This document shows, piece by piece, positions 46,938 through 57,746 of a stretch of 58,045 nucleotides of DNA (positions are counted from its first letter, which is position 1; every line of letters begins with the position of its first letter). Origin of the DNA: Deltaproteobacteria bacterium UBA5799. GTDB lineage: Bacteria > Desulfobacterota > GWC2-55-46. The stretch spans positions 1-58,045 of the forward strand of contig DIDN01000010.1 of NCBI GenBank assembly GCA_002418185.1, written 5' to 3'. The position numbers and the translations under genes are program-made. Below the pieces are notes generated by a model, which had not been told where the DNA came from, searched no databases, and worked only from the letters and a program-made list of their open reading frames with translations.

Positions 46938-47099
46938 CCGCCCTGGGCCGAGTCCGCGTCTCCTGGGGACCAGGCCGGCAAAAGCGGCATGCCTCCACTC
47001 GCTAAAAGATAGAGCTCGCTCCGGGACGGCCGTCCATTCCAGGGCCTGAAGGCCCGGGGTTTTCCGGCCGGAATCAAAAAGGGAGGACATTTCCACAAA

Positions 47100-47480
47100 A
47101 TGCAGCGGATGATGCTAAAGAGCAAGATCCACAGGGCCACCGTGACCGACGCCAACCTCGACTACGAGGGTTCGGTCGCAATCGACGAGGCCCTCATGGA
47201 AGCTGCCGGCATTTACGAGTTCGAGCAGGTACATATCTACAACATACGGAACGGGAACCGGCTTACCACGTACGCCATAAAAGGCGAGCGCGGGAGCGGC
47301 ACCATATCCATAAACGGGGCGGCCGCCCACCTCGCCGGCAAGGGCGACCTGGTCATAATCGCAAGCTACTCGGTCCTTGAGGAATCGGAGGCCAGGAAGC
47401 ACGCGCCTGTGCTTGTATACGTCGACGGGAACAACTCGATAAAGAGGATAAGCGCGGAACTGGCGGCCCACTGCCTATGA
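47100..47480 (+). CDS. panD: Aspartate 1-decarboxylase
   Basis: [18 protein letters not shown] cleavage site, NG.R..TYAI, NGAAA. Confidence 0.97.
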   Translation: MQRMMLKSKIHRATVTDANLDYEGSVAIDEALMEAAGIYEFEQVHIYNIRNGNRLTTYAIKGERGSGTISINGAAAHLAGKGDLVIIASYSVLEESEARKHAPVLVYVDGNNSIKRISAELAAHCL

Positions 47481-48148
47481 CAAAACACCTGCGAGGGTAT
47501 TTCATAACAGGGCTCCTCGTCGTGGTGCCCCTGTACCTCTCCATCTACGTCGTATCGCTCATCGTCAGGTTCATGGACAACATGCTGAACCTGCTCCCCA
47601 GGATCGCGCACCCGCACACCTATCTGCCCTTCCACGTCCCCGGCCTCGGCATAATATTTACCGTCCTCAGCATCATCATGATAGGCATGCTCGCCACCAA
47701 TTTCCTGGGGAAGAGGGTCCTTGAGTTCGCCGAGAGGATAATGCTCAAGGTGCCCGTTGCGAGGATGATATACAATGCGACGAAACAGTTCATGGAGACC
47801 TTTTTCACCCACGGGAACCAGGGCTTCAGGCAGGTCGTGCTCGTCGAGTTCCCCAGGAAGGGGCTCTATTCCATGGGCTTCATGACCAGCAGGGTCACAA
47901 ACGGGGAAATAAAGTCCAAGACCAGCGAGCCTTCCATTTGCGTTTTCATTCCGACCACCCCGAACCCTACCTCCGGCTACTTCGCCGTCATCCCCGAGAA
48001 CGAGGTCGTCTTCCTCGACATGTCGGTTGAGGACGCCTTCAAGGTCATCATGACCGGGGGCATGGTCACCCCTCCTGAGGGCAGGAACGGGATCAAGGTG
48101 GTCGTGCAGAACCCGGCTGCCGAGGACCTGGCCGGCAACGCCCCCTGA
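47477..48148 (+). CDS. DUF502-family membrane protein
   Basis: [40 protein letters not shown]. Confidence 0.88.
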   Translation: MTKHLRGYFITGLLVVVPLYLSIYVVSLIVRFMDNMLNLLPRIAHPHTYLPFHVPGLGIIFTVLSIIMIGMLATNFLGKRVLEFAERIMLKVPVARMIYNATKQFMETFFTHGNQGFRQVVLVEFPRKGLYSMGFMTSRVTNGEIKSKTSEPSICVFIPTTPNPTSGYFAVIPENEVVFLDMSVEDAFKVIMTGGMVTPPEGRNGIKVVVQNPAAEDLAGNAP

Positions 48149-48272
48149 ACCCCCGGTAGTATCAGGCTTTTCTCCCGTTTTTCCGCTTGAAACGGCAGAT
48201 TTGCGTTGTCTTTTTGGCCGGATCTGATAATATGCATTTTTTTCAGAACGCCAAAATCCTCCAGAGGACCTG

Positions 48273-50288
48273 ATGGAAAAGAAACCGCGCTCCTACAAAT
48301 TCGAAGCCCTCGACGAAATGTCGATAAATACTCTCCGTTTCCTTGCGGTGGACGCCGTAGAGGCCGCCAATTCCGGCCACCCGGGGATGCCGATGGGAGA
48401 CGCCCCCATGGCGTATGTCCTCTGGAGACGGATACTCAGACACAACCCCTCGAACCCCGGATGGCCGGCAAGGGACAGGTTCGTGCTTTCCGCGGGCCAC
48501 GGCTCCATGCTCCTTTATGCGCTCCTCCACCTCTCCGGCTATCCGCTCCCGCTCGAGGAGATAAAGAGGTTCAGGCAATGGGGGAGCCACACGCCGGGGC
48601 ACCCCGAGCACGACCCGAAGATCGGCATTGAGACCACGACAGGGCCGCTCGGCCAGGGCTTCGCAAACGGCATCGGCATGGCAATGGCGCAGAGATACCT
48701 CGCGCACAGGTTCAACAGGCCGGGATATGCGCTCTTCGACTACGACGTCTACGCGATATGCAGCGACGGAGACATGATGGAGGGGGTCTCCAACGAAGCG
48801 GCCTCCATAGCCGGGCACTTGAAGCTCGGGAACGTCATCTATCTCTACTCCGACAACAGGATAACCATCGAGGGGAAGACCGACCTTTCCATGTCAGAGG
48901 ACGCGGGCAAGAGGTTCGAGGCCCTCGGCTGGCACGTCCAGCACGTAGGAGGCAACGACCTCGGCGCGATTGCCCTCGCGATAGAGTCGGCCAAGGAGGA
49001 GCGCACGAGGCCTTCCATAATAATCGCGAGGACCATCATAGGCTTCGGGAGCCCCGGCAAGCAGGACACCGCCGAGGTGCACGGAGCGCCGCTCGGCAAG
49101 GAAGAGGTAAGGGCCACCAAGGAGAAGCTCGGGTGGCCGCTCGAACCCGAGTTCTTCATCCCCGAGGAGGTCATGAAGGACTTCAGGGAACTGGTGCCCA
49201 GGGGCGAGGCCCTCGAGAGGGAATGGCTATCCATGCTCGAAAAATACGAGAAGGAATACCCGAAAGAGGGGCGCGAGGTGAGGGCCTTAATGAGCGGGAA
49301 GAGGGACAGGGCCTGGATGGAGAAAGTCCCGACCTTTTCCGAGGCGATGGCCACCCGGAGCGCCTCGGGCAAGGTGCTTAACGCCATAGCAGGGAGCGCG
49401 CCGTTCCTGATAGGCGGCTCGGCGGACCTTGCGCCCTCTACCAACACCCTCATGAAGGGCATGGGCAACTTCCTCCCAACCGGGGTCGGCAGGAACCTCC
49501 ACTTCGGGGTGCGCGAGCACGCGATGGGCTCGCTCCTTAACGGCATGGCCCTCACGAACGGGGTGGTGCCCTACGGCGCGACCTTCCTCATATTCTCAGA
49601 CTACATGAAGCCCGCCATAAGGCTTGCGGCCCTCATGGGCCTCCAGGCCATATACGTCTTCACTCACGACTCAATCGGCCTCGGCGAGGACGGCCCCACG
49701 CACCAGCCGATTGAGCAGCTCGCGGGCCTCCGGGCCATCCCGAACCTCACGGTTATAAGGCCCGCCGACGCGAACGAGACCGCCGAGGCATGGAAGGCCG
49801 CGCTCCTGAACGAAACCGGCCCCACGGCGCTCGTGCTCACGAGGCAGGGCGTGCCGATAATCGACAGGACGAAGTACGCCCCGGCGGAAGGGCTCTCAAG
49901 GGGCGCCTATGTGCTGGCCGACCCGAAGGAAGGGAAACCCGAGGTCGTCATCATGGCCAGCGGCTCTGAGGTCCAGCTCGCAATCGCCGCCTACGAGGAC
50001 CTCTCGGAGAGGGGAGTCGGGGCGAGGGTCGTGAACATGCCGAGCTGGGAGCTCTTCGAGGCCCAGGACGACGCCTACAAGGCCGCGGTGCTGCCCCCTG
50101 ACGCAAGGGCGAGGGTCGCCGTGGAAGCCGCCTCGCCCATGGGCTGGCACAGGTACACCGGCATCGAGGGCGCGGTAATCGGCATAGACCGCTTCGGCGC
50201 TTCGGCCCCGTACAAGGTCGTGTTCGAGAAATACGGCTTCACCGCCGCCAACGTGGCCGAAAAGGCGCTGGCCCTTCTTAAACGCTGA
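48273..50288 (+). CDS. tkt: Transketolase
   Basis: [43 protein letters not shown]. Confidence 0.97.
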   Translation: MEKKPRSYKFEALDEMSINTLRFLAVDAVEAANSGHPGMPMGDAPMAYVLWRRILRHNPSNPGWPARDRFVLSAGHGSMLLYALLHLSGYPLPLEEIKRFRQWGSHTPGHPEHDPKIGIETTTGPLGQGFANGIGMAMAQRYLAHRFNRPGYALFDYDVYAICSDGDMMEGVSNEAASIAGHLKLGNVIYLYSDNRITIEGKTDLSMSEDAGKRFEALGWHVQHVGGNDLGAIALAIESAKEERTRPSIIIARTIIGFGSPGKQDTAEVHGAPLGKEEVRATKEKLGWPLEPEFFIPEEVMKDFRELVPRGEALEREWLSMLEKYEKEYPKEGREVRALMSGKRDRAWMEKVPTFSEAMATRSASGKVLNAIAGSAPFLIGGSADLAPSTNTLMKGMGNFLPTGVGRNLHFGVREHAMGSLLNGMALTNGVVPYGATFLIFSDYMKPAIRLAALMGLQAIYVFTHDSIGLGEDGPTHQPIEQLAGLRAIPNLTVIRPADANETAEAWKAALLNETGPTALVLTRQGVPIIDRTKYAPAEGLSRGAYVLADPKEGKPEVVIMASGSEVQLAIAAYEDLSERGVGARVVNMPSWELFEAQDDAYKAAVLPPDARARVAVEAASPMGWHRYTGIEGAVIGIDRFGASAPYKVVFEKYGFTAANVAEKALALLKR

Positions 50289-50499
50289 AAAGGGCCGGTT
50301 TGTTGATGGAAACCGATATCCCTGCTATAGTCTACAGCAGGCCGTAGTGCATGCGGCCGCGGCCTGCTGTATTTCCGTTTCCCGGGAACTTCTTGCCTTA
50401 TAATTGAGACTGACAGTCCTTGCGGGCCGGGCGGTCGCTCGTCCCGTCCCGCAGAGGGGTCTGTTCTTACCGGAAACTTTCCGGCTTCAGGAGTCCCCT

Positions 50500-53349
50500 A
50501 TGAACCCCTTGATAGAGCTTAACAGGCTTGGCCAGAGCGTCTGGTACGACAACCTCAGGAAGGGCCTCGTCACGTCCGGGGAGCTTAAGCGCTTCATGGA
50601 CGAGTACGCGGTCTCGGGCATTACCTCGAACCCCAACACCTTCGAGAGGGCCATTGCGGGGACGACGGAGTACGATGAGGACATCCGCAGGCTCCTCGTG
50701 GAAAGCCTCGACGACGACGCGATACTCGAAAGGCTCGTGACCAGGGACATAAGGCTTGCGGCCGACGTATTGTCAGAGGCGTCCAGGGCCACAGGCGGCG
50801 CCGACGGTTTCGTCTCGATCGAGGTCGACCCGAGGCTCGCGAAGGACGCCGGCTCGACGATAGAGGAGGCGAGGAGTCTTTTCGCTGCCGTGGACAGGCC
50901 AAACGTGATGGTCAAGGTGCCCGGGACGGTAGAGGGGCTCAAGGCCCTCGAGGAGCTTACAGCCGAAGGGCGGAACATAAACGTCACGCTCCTCTTCTCG
51001 GTCGAGAGATACTCGGAAGTGGCGGACGCTTACGTGCGCGGTCTTGAGAGGAGGCTTTCGAGCGGCCTGCCTGTGGACAACATATCGAGTGTGGCGAGTT
51101 TTTTCGTAAGCAGGGTCGATTCCATTTTCGACAGGACAATAGAGGAGAGGATAGAGCGCTCGAAATCGAACGACGAGAAGGCGCGCCTAAAGTCCCTTCT
51201 CGGCAGGGTGGCCGTTGCGAACGCGAAGCTCGCATACATGAAATACGGGGAGGTATACTCGGGGGATAGGTTCAGGAAGCTCAAGGACGCGGGGGCAAGG
51301 CCCCAGAGGCTCCTGTGGGCGAGCACCGGGACCAAGGACCCTCGCTACTCCGATGTGAAATACGTCGAGGAGCTAGTCATGAGCGGCACCGTGAACACTA
51401 TGCCGCTCCATACGATGCTCGCCTTCTACGACCACGGCAAGGCCGAGCCGGTCCTGGTCGAGGAGTTCAACGGCCCGGAAAAGGTATTCGAGGAGGTAGA
51501 GGCCCTCGGCGTCGACTACCGGGCTGCGACCGACAGGCTCGAAAAGGACGGAATAGGCGCCTTCTCCGAATCCTACCTCGGCATACTGGCGTCCATAGCT
51601 TCGAAGAGGGAGGCGCTCGAAAAGAAGAAGGCCTTTGCCGTGAGGTTTTCACTGAACGGCTTCGAGGCCGCCGTCTCAGAGGCGCTCGAGGAGGTCGGGA
51701 GCGAGAACTTTCTGGAGCGCCTGTGGGCCAAGGACCCCACGCTCTGGAAGACCGCCCCGGAGGACAGGAAGCTCATAAAAGAGGCGCTCGGGTGGGTGGC
51801 GCTTGCCGACGTCATGGACGACCACGTCGGGGATATAGAGGGCTTCGCGAGGGAGGTGAAGGAGGCTGGGTTCAGGGACGCGGTCCTCCTGGGCATGGGG
51901 GGGTCGAGCCTTGCGCCGCTTGTCTTCTCCGAGGCCTTTGGCAGCGCCCCGGGATATCCGAGGCTAACGGTGCTGGACTCGACCGATCCCGAGGCGATAA
52001 GCGCGGTAGCAAAGGCAATAGACCCGGAAAAGACCCTCTTCATCGTATCGAGCAAGTCCGGCTCCACCATCGAGCCTCTGAGCCTCTTCGAGTTCTTCCA
52101 TGAGAAGTTGTCGTCAACCCTGGGCGAGGCGGCAGGAAATAACTTCATGGCCATAACAGACCCCGGGACGCCTTTGGAGGGCTTTGCCCGCAAGTACGGA
52201 TTCAGGAAGCTCTTCACGAACCCCGGCGACGTCGGGGGGAGGTTCTCGGTACTCTCGTATTTCGGGCTCGTCCCTGCCGGGCTGATCGGCATGGACCTCG
52301 CGCTTCTGCTTGAGCACGCCTCCCGGGTCGAGGCGGCGGTGCACCCCTGCGCGGCGGACCAGAACCCTGTCCTCATGCTCGGGGCCGCGCTCGGCACGCT
52401 CGGGAGGCTCGGCAGGGACAAGCTCACGTTTTTCATCTCGAAGGAGATAGAGCCGTTCGGCATGTGGCTCGAGCAGCTCATAGCCGAGAGCACGGGCAAG
52501 GAGGGCAAGGGGCTCGTGCCTGTCGTCGGAGAGCCGCTCGGGAAGCCGGAGAGCTACGGAAGCGACAGGGTCTTCATATCGATCACGCTCGGCGAGGAGG
52601 ACCACGGGCGCGCAGGCGCCTTCAAGCGTCTTGCCGAGGCCGGACACCCCATAATCGATTTCAGGCTCGCTCATAAATACGAGCTCGGCGGCGAGTTCCT
52701 GAGGTGGGAGATAGCCACTGCCGTAGCCGGTCAGATACTCGGCATAAACCCCTTTGACCAGCCGGACGTAGAGCTTGCCAAGAAGCTCACTATAACGAAG
52801 CTCAACAGCATTGGGAGGCCGGAGGGGCTTAAGCCCCCCGGCATAGGAGTTGAAGCCGGGAGGTTCGGGGTGCACTTCGGAAAAAACACCTTCGACCGGT
52901 TAGGGGCCGTCGACTCCGACGCGAAAAAGATGCTCAGGGAGTTCTTCGCCCTGGCAGGCCCCGGGGACTACATAGGCCTCCTTGCGTATTACAACCCATC
53001 GGACGCCGGGCTCGGCGCAGGGCTCGGCGACCTCAGGAAGGCCCTCGGCGAGATGACCGGCGCCGCGGTCCAGTTCGGGTACGGCCCGAGGTACCTGCAC
53101 TCGACAGGGCAGCTCCACAAGGGCGGGCCGCGCAGCGGCCTCTTTCTCATCCTCTGCCACAGGCCCGGGGACGACATCAGGGTGCCTGGAAGCAACTTCA
53201 GCTTCTCGGAGCTCGAGCTTTCGCAGGCGTACGGCGACATGGAGGCGCTCGACTCCAAGGGCCTGAGGGTCGCGCTGGTCGACATGAAAGACCCTGGAAT
53301 CGGGGCCCTCAAGGAATTCGAGTCTCTTCTCAGGGGCGCGGCTCAATAG
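50500..53349 (+). CDS. Bifunctional transaldolase / glucose-6-phosphate isomerase
   Basis: N-terminal GQSVWYDN, TSNP, VKVPGT, NVTLLFS, ASFFVSR; C-terminal GMGGSS, SKSG, GGRFS, AESTGK, PFDQP; ATG 50500 after AGGAG. Confidence 0.93.
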   Translation: MNPLIELNRLGQSVWYDNLRKGLVTSGELKRFMDEYAVSGITSNPNTFERAIAGTTEYDEDIRRLLVESLDDDAILERLVTRDIRLAADVLSEASRATGGADGFVSIEVDPRLAKDAGSTIEEARSLFAAVDRPNVMVKVPGTVEGLKALEELTAEGRNINVTLLFSVERYSEVADAYVRGLERRLSSGLPVDNISSVASFFVSRVDSIFDRTIEERIERSKSNDEKARLKSLLGRVAVANAKLAYMKYGEVYSGDRFRKLKDAGARPQRLLWASTGTKDPRYSDVKYVEELVMSGTVNTMPLHTMLAFYDHGKAEPVLVEEFNGPEKVFEEVEALGVDYRAATDRLEKDGIGAFSESYLGILASIASKREALEKKKAFAVRFSLNGFEAAVSEALEEVGSENFLERLWAKDPTLWKTAPEDRKLIKEALGWVALADVMDDHVGDIEGFAREVKEAGFRDAVLLGMGGSSLAPLVFSEAFGSAPGYPRLTVLDSTDPEAISAVAKAIDPEKTLFIVSSKSGSTIEPLSLFEFFHEKLSSTLGEAAGNNFMAITDPGTPLEGFARKYGFRKLFTNPGDVGGRFSVLSYFGLVPAGLIGMDLALLLEHASRVEAAVHPCAADQNPVLMLGAALGTLGRLGRDKLTFFISKEIEPFGMWLEQLIAESTGKEGKGLVPVVGEPLGKPESYGSDRVFISITLGEEDHGRAGAFKRLAEAGHPIIDFRLAHKYELGGEFLRWEIATAVAGQILGINPFDQPDVELAKKLTITKLNSIGRPEGLKPPGIGVEAGRFGVHFGKNTFDRLGAVDSDAKKMLREFFALAGPGDYIGLLAYYNPSDAGLGAGLGDLRKALGEMTGAAVQFGYGPRYLHSTGQLHKGGPRSGLFLILCHRPGDDIRVPGSNFSFSELELSQAYGDMEALDSKGLRVALVDMKDPGIGALKEFESLLRGAAQ

Positions 53350-53373
53350 GCGAATACCTCAACAGGAGGAACA

Positions 53374-54282
53374 ATGGACGTCGGCATGATAGGCCTGGGC
53401 CGCATGGGGCTCAACATGGCCAGGCGCCTTCGTAAGGGCGGCCACAGGGTGGTCGGCTACAACAGGACGGCCAGGGTGACGCAGGGCGCCGAGGCCGAGG
53501 GCATAGAGGGCGCGTACTCGCTGCCCGAGCTTGCAGACAAGCTCACCATGCCGAGGACCGTCTGGATGATGCTCCCCGCAGGCAGGCCCGTGGACGACAC
53601 GATAGAGGCCCTCAAACCGCTTCTGGCCGGCGGCGATACGCTTGTGGACGGCGGGAATACCTATTACAAGGACGACCTCAGGAGGTCCGATGGGCTGAAA
53701 AAGCTCGGCATCAGGTACATCGACGCGGGCGTAAGCGGCGGGATATGGGGCCTTGAGAATGGCTATTGCACCATGGCGGGCGGCGAAAGGGGCGCGTTCG
53801 AGAGGATAGAGCCGCTCTTTAAGACCCTCGCGCCTTCCGGCGGCTATCTATGGTGCGGCGGACAAGGCGCCGGCCATTTCATGAAAATGGTGCATAACGG
53901 CATAGAGTACGGGCTCATGGAGGCCTATGCCGAGGGGTTCGAGCTCATAAAGGCCTCCCCCTACGGAGACGGGATAAAGAACGTGGAGCTTGCGCGCCTG
54001 TGGAACAGGGGTAGCGTCGTGAGGTCCTGGTTGCTTGAGCTCCTGGAGAGCGCCTTCGCCAAGGAGGACGGGCTCGAGTCCGTAATCGGCTATGTCGAGG
54101 ACTCGGGCGAGGGCAGGTGGATGGTCAAGGAGGCGGTAGACATGGGCGTAAGCATCCCCGCCATAACGGAGTCCCTCATGCGGAGGTTCCGCTCGAGGCA
54201 GGAAGAGCCCTTCGGAGAAAAGCTCCTTGCCGCCCTCAGGGAGGAGTTCGGCGGCCACAGCGTCCGGCGCATCCCCGAATAA
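53374..54282 (+). CDS. gnd: 6-phosphogluconate dehydrogenase (short type)
   Basis: GLGRMG, DGGN, DAGVSGG, KMVHNGIEYG, DSGEGRW, FGGH. Confidence 0.95.
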   Translation: MDVGMIGLGRMGLNMARRLRKGGHRVVGYNRTARVTQGAEAEGIEGAYSLPELADKLTMPRTVWMMLPAGRPVDDTIEALKPLLAGGDTLVDGGNTYYKDDLRRSDGLKKLGIRYIDAGVSGGIWGLENGYCTMAGGERGAFERIEPLFKTLAPSGGYLWCGGQGAGHFMKMVHNGIEYGLMEAYAEGFELIKASPYGDGIKNVELARLWNRGSVVRSWLLELLESAFAKEDGLESVIGYVEDSGEGRWMVKEAVDMGVSIPAITESLMRRFRSRQEEPFGEKLLAALREEFGGHSVRRIPE

Positions 54283-54363
54283 ACGAGTGAGATAACGCGG
54301 AGCGACCCGAACCCCTGCCGGGCGACGGAACCATTCCGCGAAGTCCCTTTGGAACAGGTGAAT

Positions 54364-55926
54364 ATGGTAGACAGTCCAGAAGGCCGCCCGGCCATAAGGA
54401 TAGGCAGGGTCGCGGCAACGGGCCAGCCCTGCGAGGAGATGGCCCCGGACCCCTGCGCGATGGTCATATTCGGAGCCTCCGGCGACCTTACGAAAAGGAA
54501 ACTCCTCCCGGCCCTCTTCTTCCTCTTCAGGAACAAGCTCCTGTCCCGGAATTTTTTCATGCTCGGGGTGGCAAGGACCGGGCTCGACGACGGCTCTTTC
54601 CGCGCCGAGATGGAAAGGGCGGTAAAGAAGGCGGGCAACTTCGACGAGTCGGCCTGGGCCGAGTTCGCCGGACGGCTCTATTACAGGAGGGCCGATTACA
54701 GGGACCACTCTTCTCTCAAGGACCTCAGGAGGTTCCTGGACGAAAAGGCAAGGGAGTACGCCACGTGCGGGAACAGGATGTTCTATCTCGCAACACCGCC
54801 CTCGGTCTACGCGGACATCGTCGAGTCGACGGCCAATGCGGGGCTTCTTGCCGAGGAAGGCGGGTGGGTGAGGCTCGTAATAGAGAAGCCCCACGGCAGG
54901 GACCTCGCAAGCGCGCTCGCACTCGAGGAGACGGTGGGCCGGCACCTCCGGGAGGAGCAGGTCTACAGGATAGACCACTACCTGGGCAAGGACACTGTCC
55001 AGAACATAATGATGTTCAGGTTCGCGAACTCCATATTCGAGCCGGTGTGGAACAGGCACTTCATAGACCATGTCCAGATAACCGTGGCGGAGTCCATAGG
55101 CATCGGAAAGAGGGCGGGCTTCTACGAGGAGGCCGGAGTGCTCCGCGACATCTTCCAGAACCACATGCTCCAGGTCCTTTCCTTCATTTCGATGGAGCCG
55201 CCGTCGGTCTATTCGTCCGAGCTCGTGAGGGACGAGAGGGTGAAGGTATTGAGGGCGCTCCGGCCCCTCGACGGACCGCTCGACGAGCAGCTTGTCCTCG
55301 GCCAATATGTCGAGGGCGAGTACGAGGGCAGGCACGTGAAAGGGTACACGGAGGAGGAAGGCGTCTCGAGCCGCTCCATCGTGCCGACCTTCGCGGCCAT
55401 TAAGGCCTACATAGACGACTGGAGGTGGCAGGGCGTCCCTTTCTACCTCCGGTCGGGTAAGAGGTTGAAAAACCGCTTCACCCAGATAACCATACAGTTC
55501 AAGAACGTCCCGCACCTCATGTTCAGCGACGTATTCCCGGGCGAGATAGGCCCTAACGCCCTCATAATGAGGATACAGCCGGACGAGAGGATACAGCTCA
55601 AGTTCCACGCGAAGAACCCGGGGTCGAGGGTCTGCCTCAGGGACGTTGTCATGGATTTCCAGTACCTCGGCGGCTACCAGGGGCTGGTGCTTGACGCCTA
55701 CGAGCGCATGCTCATGGACTGCATGACCGGCGACAAGATGCTCTTCGTAAGGAGGGACGGCGTGGAGTTGAGCTGGAGCTGGCTCGGCCCGGCCCTCGAC
55801 CGCGCGGACGGCAAGGGGCCCGAAAAGCCGGAGCTTCACCTTTACAGGGCCGGCAGCTCCGGTCCTGCTGCGGCGGAAAGGCTTATGGCAAGGGACGGAA
55901 GGGCATGGGTGGACTATGAAGGGTGA
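54364..55926 (+). CDS. zwf: Glucose-6-phosphate 1-dehydrogenase (start uncertain)
   Basis: FGASGDL, YLATPP, IEKP, RIDHYLGK, QNHMLQ, GVPFYLRSGK. Confidence 0.96.
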   Translation: MVDSPEGRPAIRIGRVAATGQPCEEMAPDPCAMVIFGASGDLTKRKLLPALFFLFRNKLLSRNFFMLGVARTGLDDGSFRAEMERAVKKAGNFDESAWAEFAGRLYYRRADYRDHSSLKDLRRFLDEKAREYATCGNRMFYLATPPSVYADIVESTANAGLLAEEGGWVRLVIEKPHGRDLASALALEETVGRHLREEQVYRIDHYLGKDTVQNIMMFRFANSIFEPVWNRHFIDHVQITVAESIGIGKRAGFYEEAGVLRDIFQNHMLQVLSFISMEPPSVYSSELVRDERVKVLRALRPLDGPLDEQLVLGQYVEGEYEGRHVKGYTEEEGVSSRSIVPTFAAIKAYIDDWRWQGVPFYLRSGKRLKNRFTQITIQFKNVPHLMFSDVFPGEIGPNALIMRIQPDERIQLKFHAKNPGSRVCLRDVVMDFQYLGGYQGLVLDAYERMLMDCMTGDKMLFVRRDGVELSWSWLGPALDRADGKGPEKPELHLYRAGSSGPAAAERLMARDGRAWVDYEG

Positions 55927-56947
55927 GAGGCTCGTGCTCGCGGGCGACATAGGAGGCACCAAGACCTACCTGGCGCTTTACTCGCTCTCGGCAGGAACGC
56001 TCGCGACCGTAAGGGAGAGCGTATTCTCCAACGACCGCTACGCCGGGCCGGAGGGCATACTCGGCGGGTTCCTGAAGGAGGGCGAGGCCTCCCGGATCCA
56101 GGGCGCTGCCCTCGGGCTTGCCTGCCCGGTCATCGGGAACCGCTGCACGCTCACGAACCTCGGGTGGGAAGTCGACGGCGAGGCGCTCAAAAAGACGTTC
56201 GGCCTGAAGACCCTGGGCCTCATAAACGACCTGGAGTCCCTGGGATGGGGCGTTGGGCTTTTGGGCGAGTCTGATATATTCGTCTTGCAGGAAGGCGAGC
56301 CCAGGCCCGGGAACGCCGCGCTCATTGCCGCTGGCACCGGGCTCGGCGAGGCGATACTCGTAAGGGATGCCGGGGGGCACAGGCCGTCCGCGTCGGAAGG
56401 CGGGCACACGGACTTCGCCCCGAGGAACGCCGTTGAAATCGAGCTGTTAGAGTACCTCATGCCCATATACGGACATGTGAGCTATGAAAGGATAGTCTCG
56501 GGCCCGGGCCTCGCGAACATTTACGAGTTCCTGCTGGCAAAAGGAAAGAGGAGCGTCCCGGAGCGCCTCAAAAAGAGGATGGAGGCCGAGGGGGCCGCCC
56601 CTGTCGTATCTGACGAGGCCATGAACGGCACGGACGGGGACTGCAAATTGGCCCTCGACCTCTTCGTCTCGGTCTACGGCGCTGAGGCCGGGAACCTGGC
56701 CTTGAAGTCCCTCTCGACCGCCGGGGTCTATGTGGGCGGCGGCATCGCGCCGAAGATACTCCCTGCGCTCAAGGCAGGCGGGTTCCTCGAAGCCTTCAGG
56801 GACAAGGGCAGGTTCGGGGACTTCATGGCAGGCATACCGGTCAGTGTCGTCCTTAACGACAGGACCGGGATGATGGGGGCGGCCAGCTACGCTGCCCTCC
56901 TTGCCGGAGAGAGGGCCGAAAGGATAGCCGCTGCCGGAAAGCCTTAG
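55916..56947 (+). CDS. glk: Glucokinase
   Basis: GDIGGT, LINDLE, AGTGLG, EGGH, ERIVSGPG, GGGIAPK. Confidence 0.93.
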   Translation: MKGERLVLAGDIGGTKTYLALYSLSAGTLATVRESVFSNDRYAGPEGILGGFLKEGEASRIQGAALGLACPVIGNRCTLTNLGWEVDGEALKKTFGLKTLGLINDLESLGWGVGLLGESDIFVLQEGEPRPGNAALIAAGTGLGEAILVRDAGGHRPSASEGGHTDFAPRNAVEIELLEYLMPIYGHVSYERIVSGPGLANIYEFLLAKGKRSVPERLKKRMEAEGAAPVVSDEAMNGTDGDCKLALDLFVSVYGAEAGNLALKSLSTAGVYVGGGIAPKILPALKAGGFLEAFRDKGRFGDFMAGIPVSVVLNDRTGMMGAASYAALLAGERAERIAAAGKP

Positions 56948-56955
56948 GGGTCCGG

Positions 56956-57681
56956 ATGAAGAACGGCCTTGTGATACACCGGGGGGAAAAGGAGCTTGCA
57001 AGGGGCGCCGCAGCCATGTTCCTGGCCGCCTACGGCGCCGCTATCCGCGAACGGGGCCTTTTTACCGCAGTCCTCTCGGGCGGAAGGACCCCCCGGGCGC
57101 TATACGGACTCCTCGGCACGGAATACCGGGACAAGATCGACTGGAGGCGCGTGCACCTCTTCTGGGGCGACGAAAGGTGCGTGCCGCCTGAACGCGACGA
57201 GAGTAACTTCAAGACGGCAGATGAGAGCCTCATCTCACTGATAGACATACCTTCTGAAAACGTCCACCGGATTAAAGGGGAACTCCCGCCAAAGGAGGCG
57301 GCCCTGGCCTACGAGGGCGAGATAAGGTCTTTTTTCAGCCTCGGCCCGGGCAAGCTCCCTCCGTTCGACCTCGTCCTCCTCGGGCTTGGCCGGGACGGCC
57401 ATACGCTCTCGGTATTCCCCGGGACCGCCGCCCTCGGAGAAAAGGAAAGGCTCGTAGTTGAGAATTACGTCGGCGTTCTCGATTCGTGGAGGGTGACCTT
57501 TACCATAAGCGCGCTCAAGGGGTCGCGGAATGTCGTTTTCCTGGTCTCCGGCAGGGACAAGGCCGTGGCCTTGAAGGACGTCCTCCGGGGCGAAGGCCCG
57601 GGTTCGCGTCCGGCCGGACTGGTCATGGCCGAAAAGGTGATGTGGGTTGCCGACACGGAAGCGGCGGCCCTCCTCGGGTAA
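56956..57681 (+). CDS. pgl: 6-phosphogluconolactonase
   Basis: LSGGRTP, FWGDERCVPP..SN, LLGLG.DGHT. Confidence 0.95.
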   Translation: MKNGLVIHRGEKELARGAAAMFLAAYGAAIRERGLFTAVLSGGRTPRALYGLLGTEYRDKIDWRRVHLFWGDERCVPPERDESNFKTADESLISLIDIPSENVHRIKGELPPKEAALAYEGEIRSFFSLGPGKLPPFDLVLLGLGRDGHTLSVFPGTAALGEKERLVVENYVGVLDSWRVTFTISALKGSRNVVFLVSGRDKAVALKDVLRGEGPGSRPAGLVMAEKVMWVADTEAAALLG

Positions 57682-57746
57682 GGCGGTCGATAGCTTCTTT
57701 TATGAGTGGGATCAGCGCCGGGACGTGAAATAAAAGCAGGGGCGAA

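Noticed and set aside
50296-50340. Fluoride riboswitch suggested by GATGG...CTAC
   Set aside because: Pseudoknot pairing and the conserved AUGA motif are missing; better explained as a promoter
53848-55962. Long antisense ORFs (704 aa here; also 5495-6529, 18365-19453, 43082-44245 and others)
   Set aside because: Shadows of well-supported genes, expected from GC-rich codon bias; no recognisable motifs
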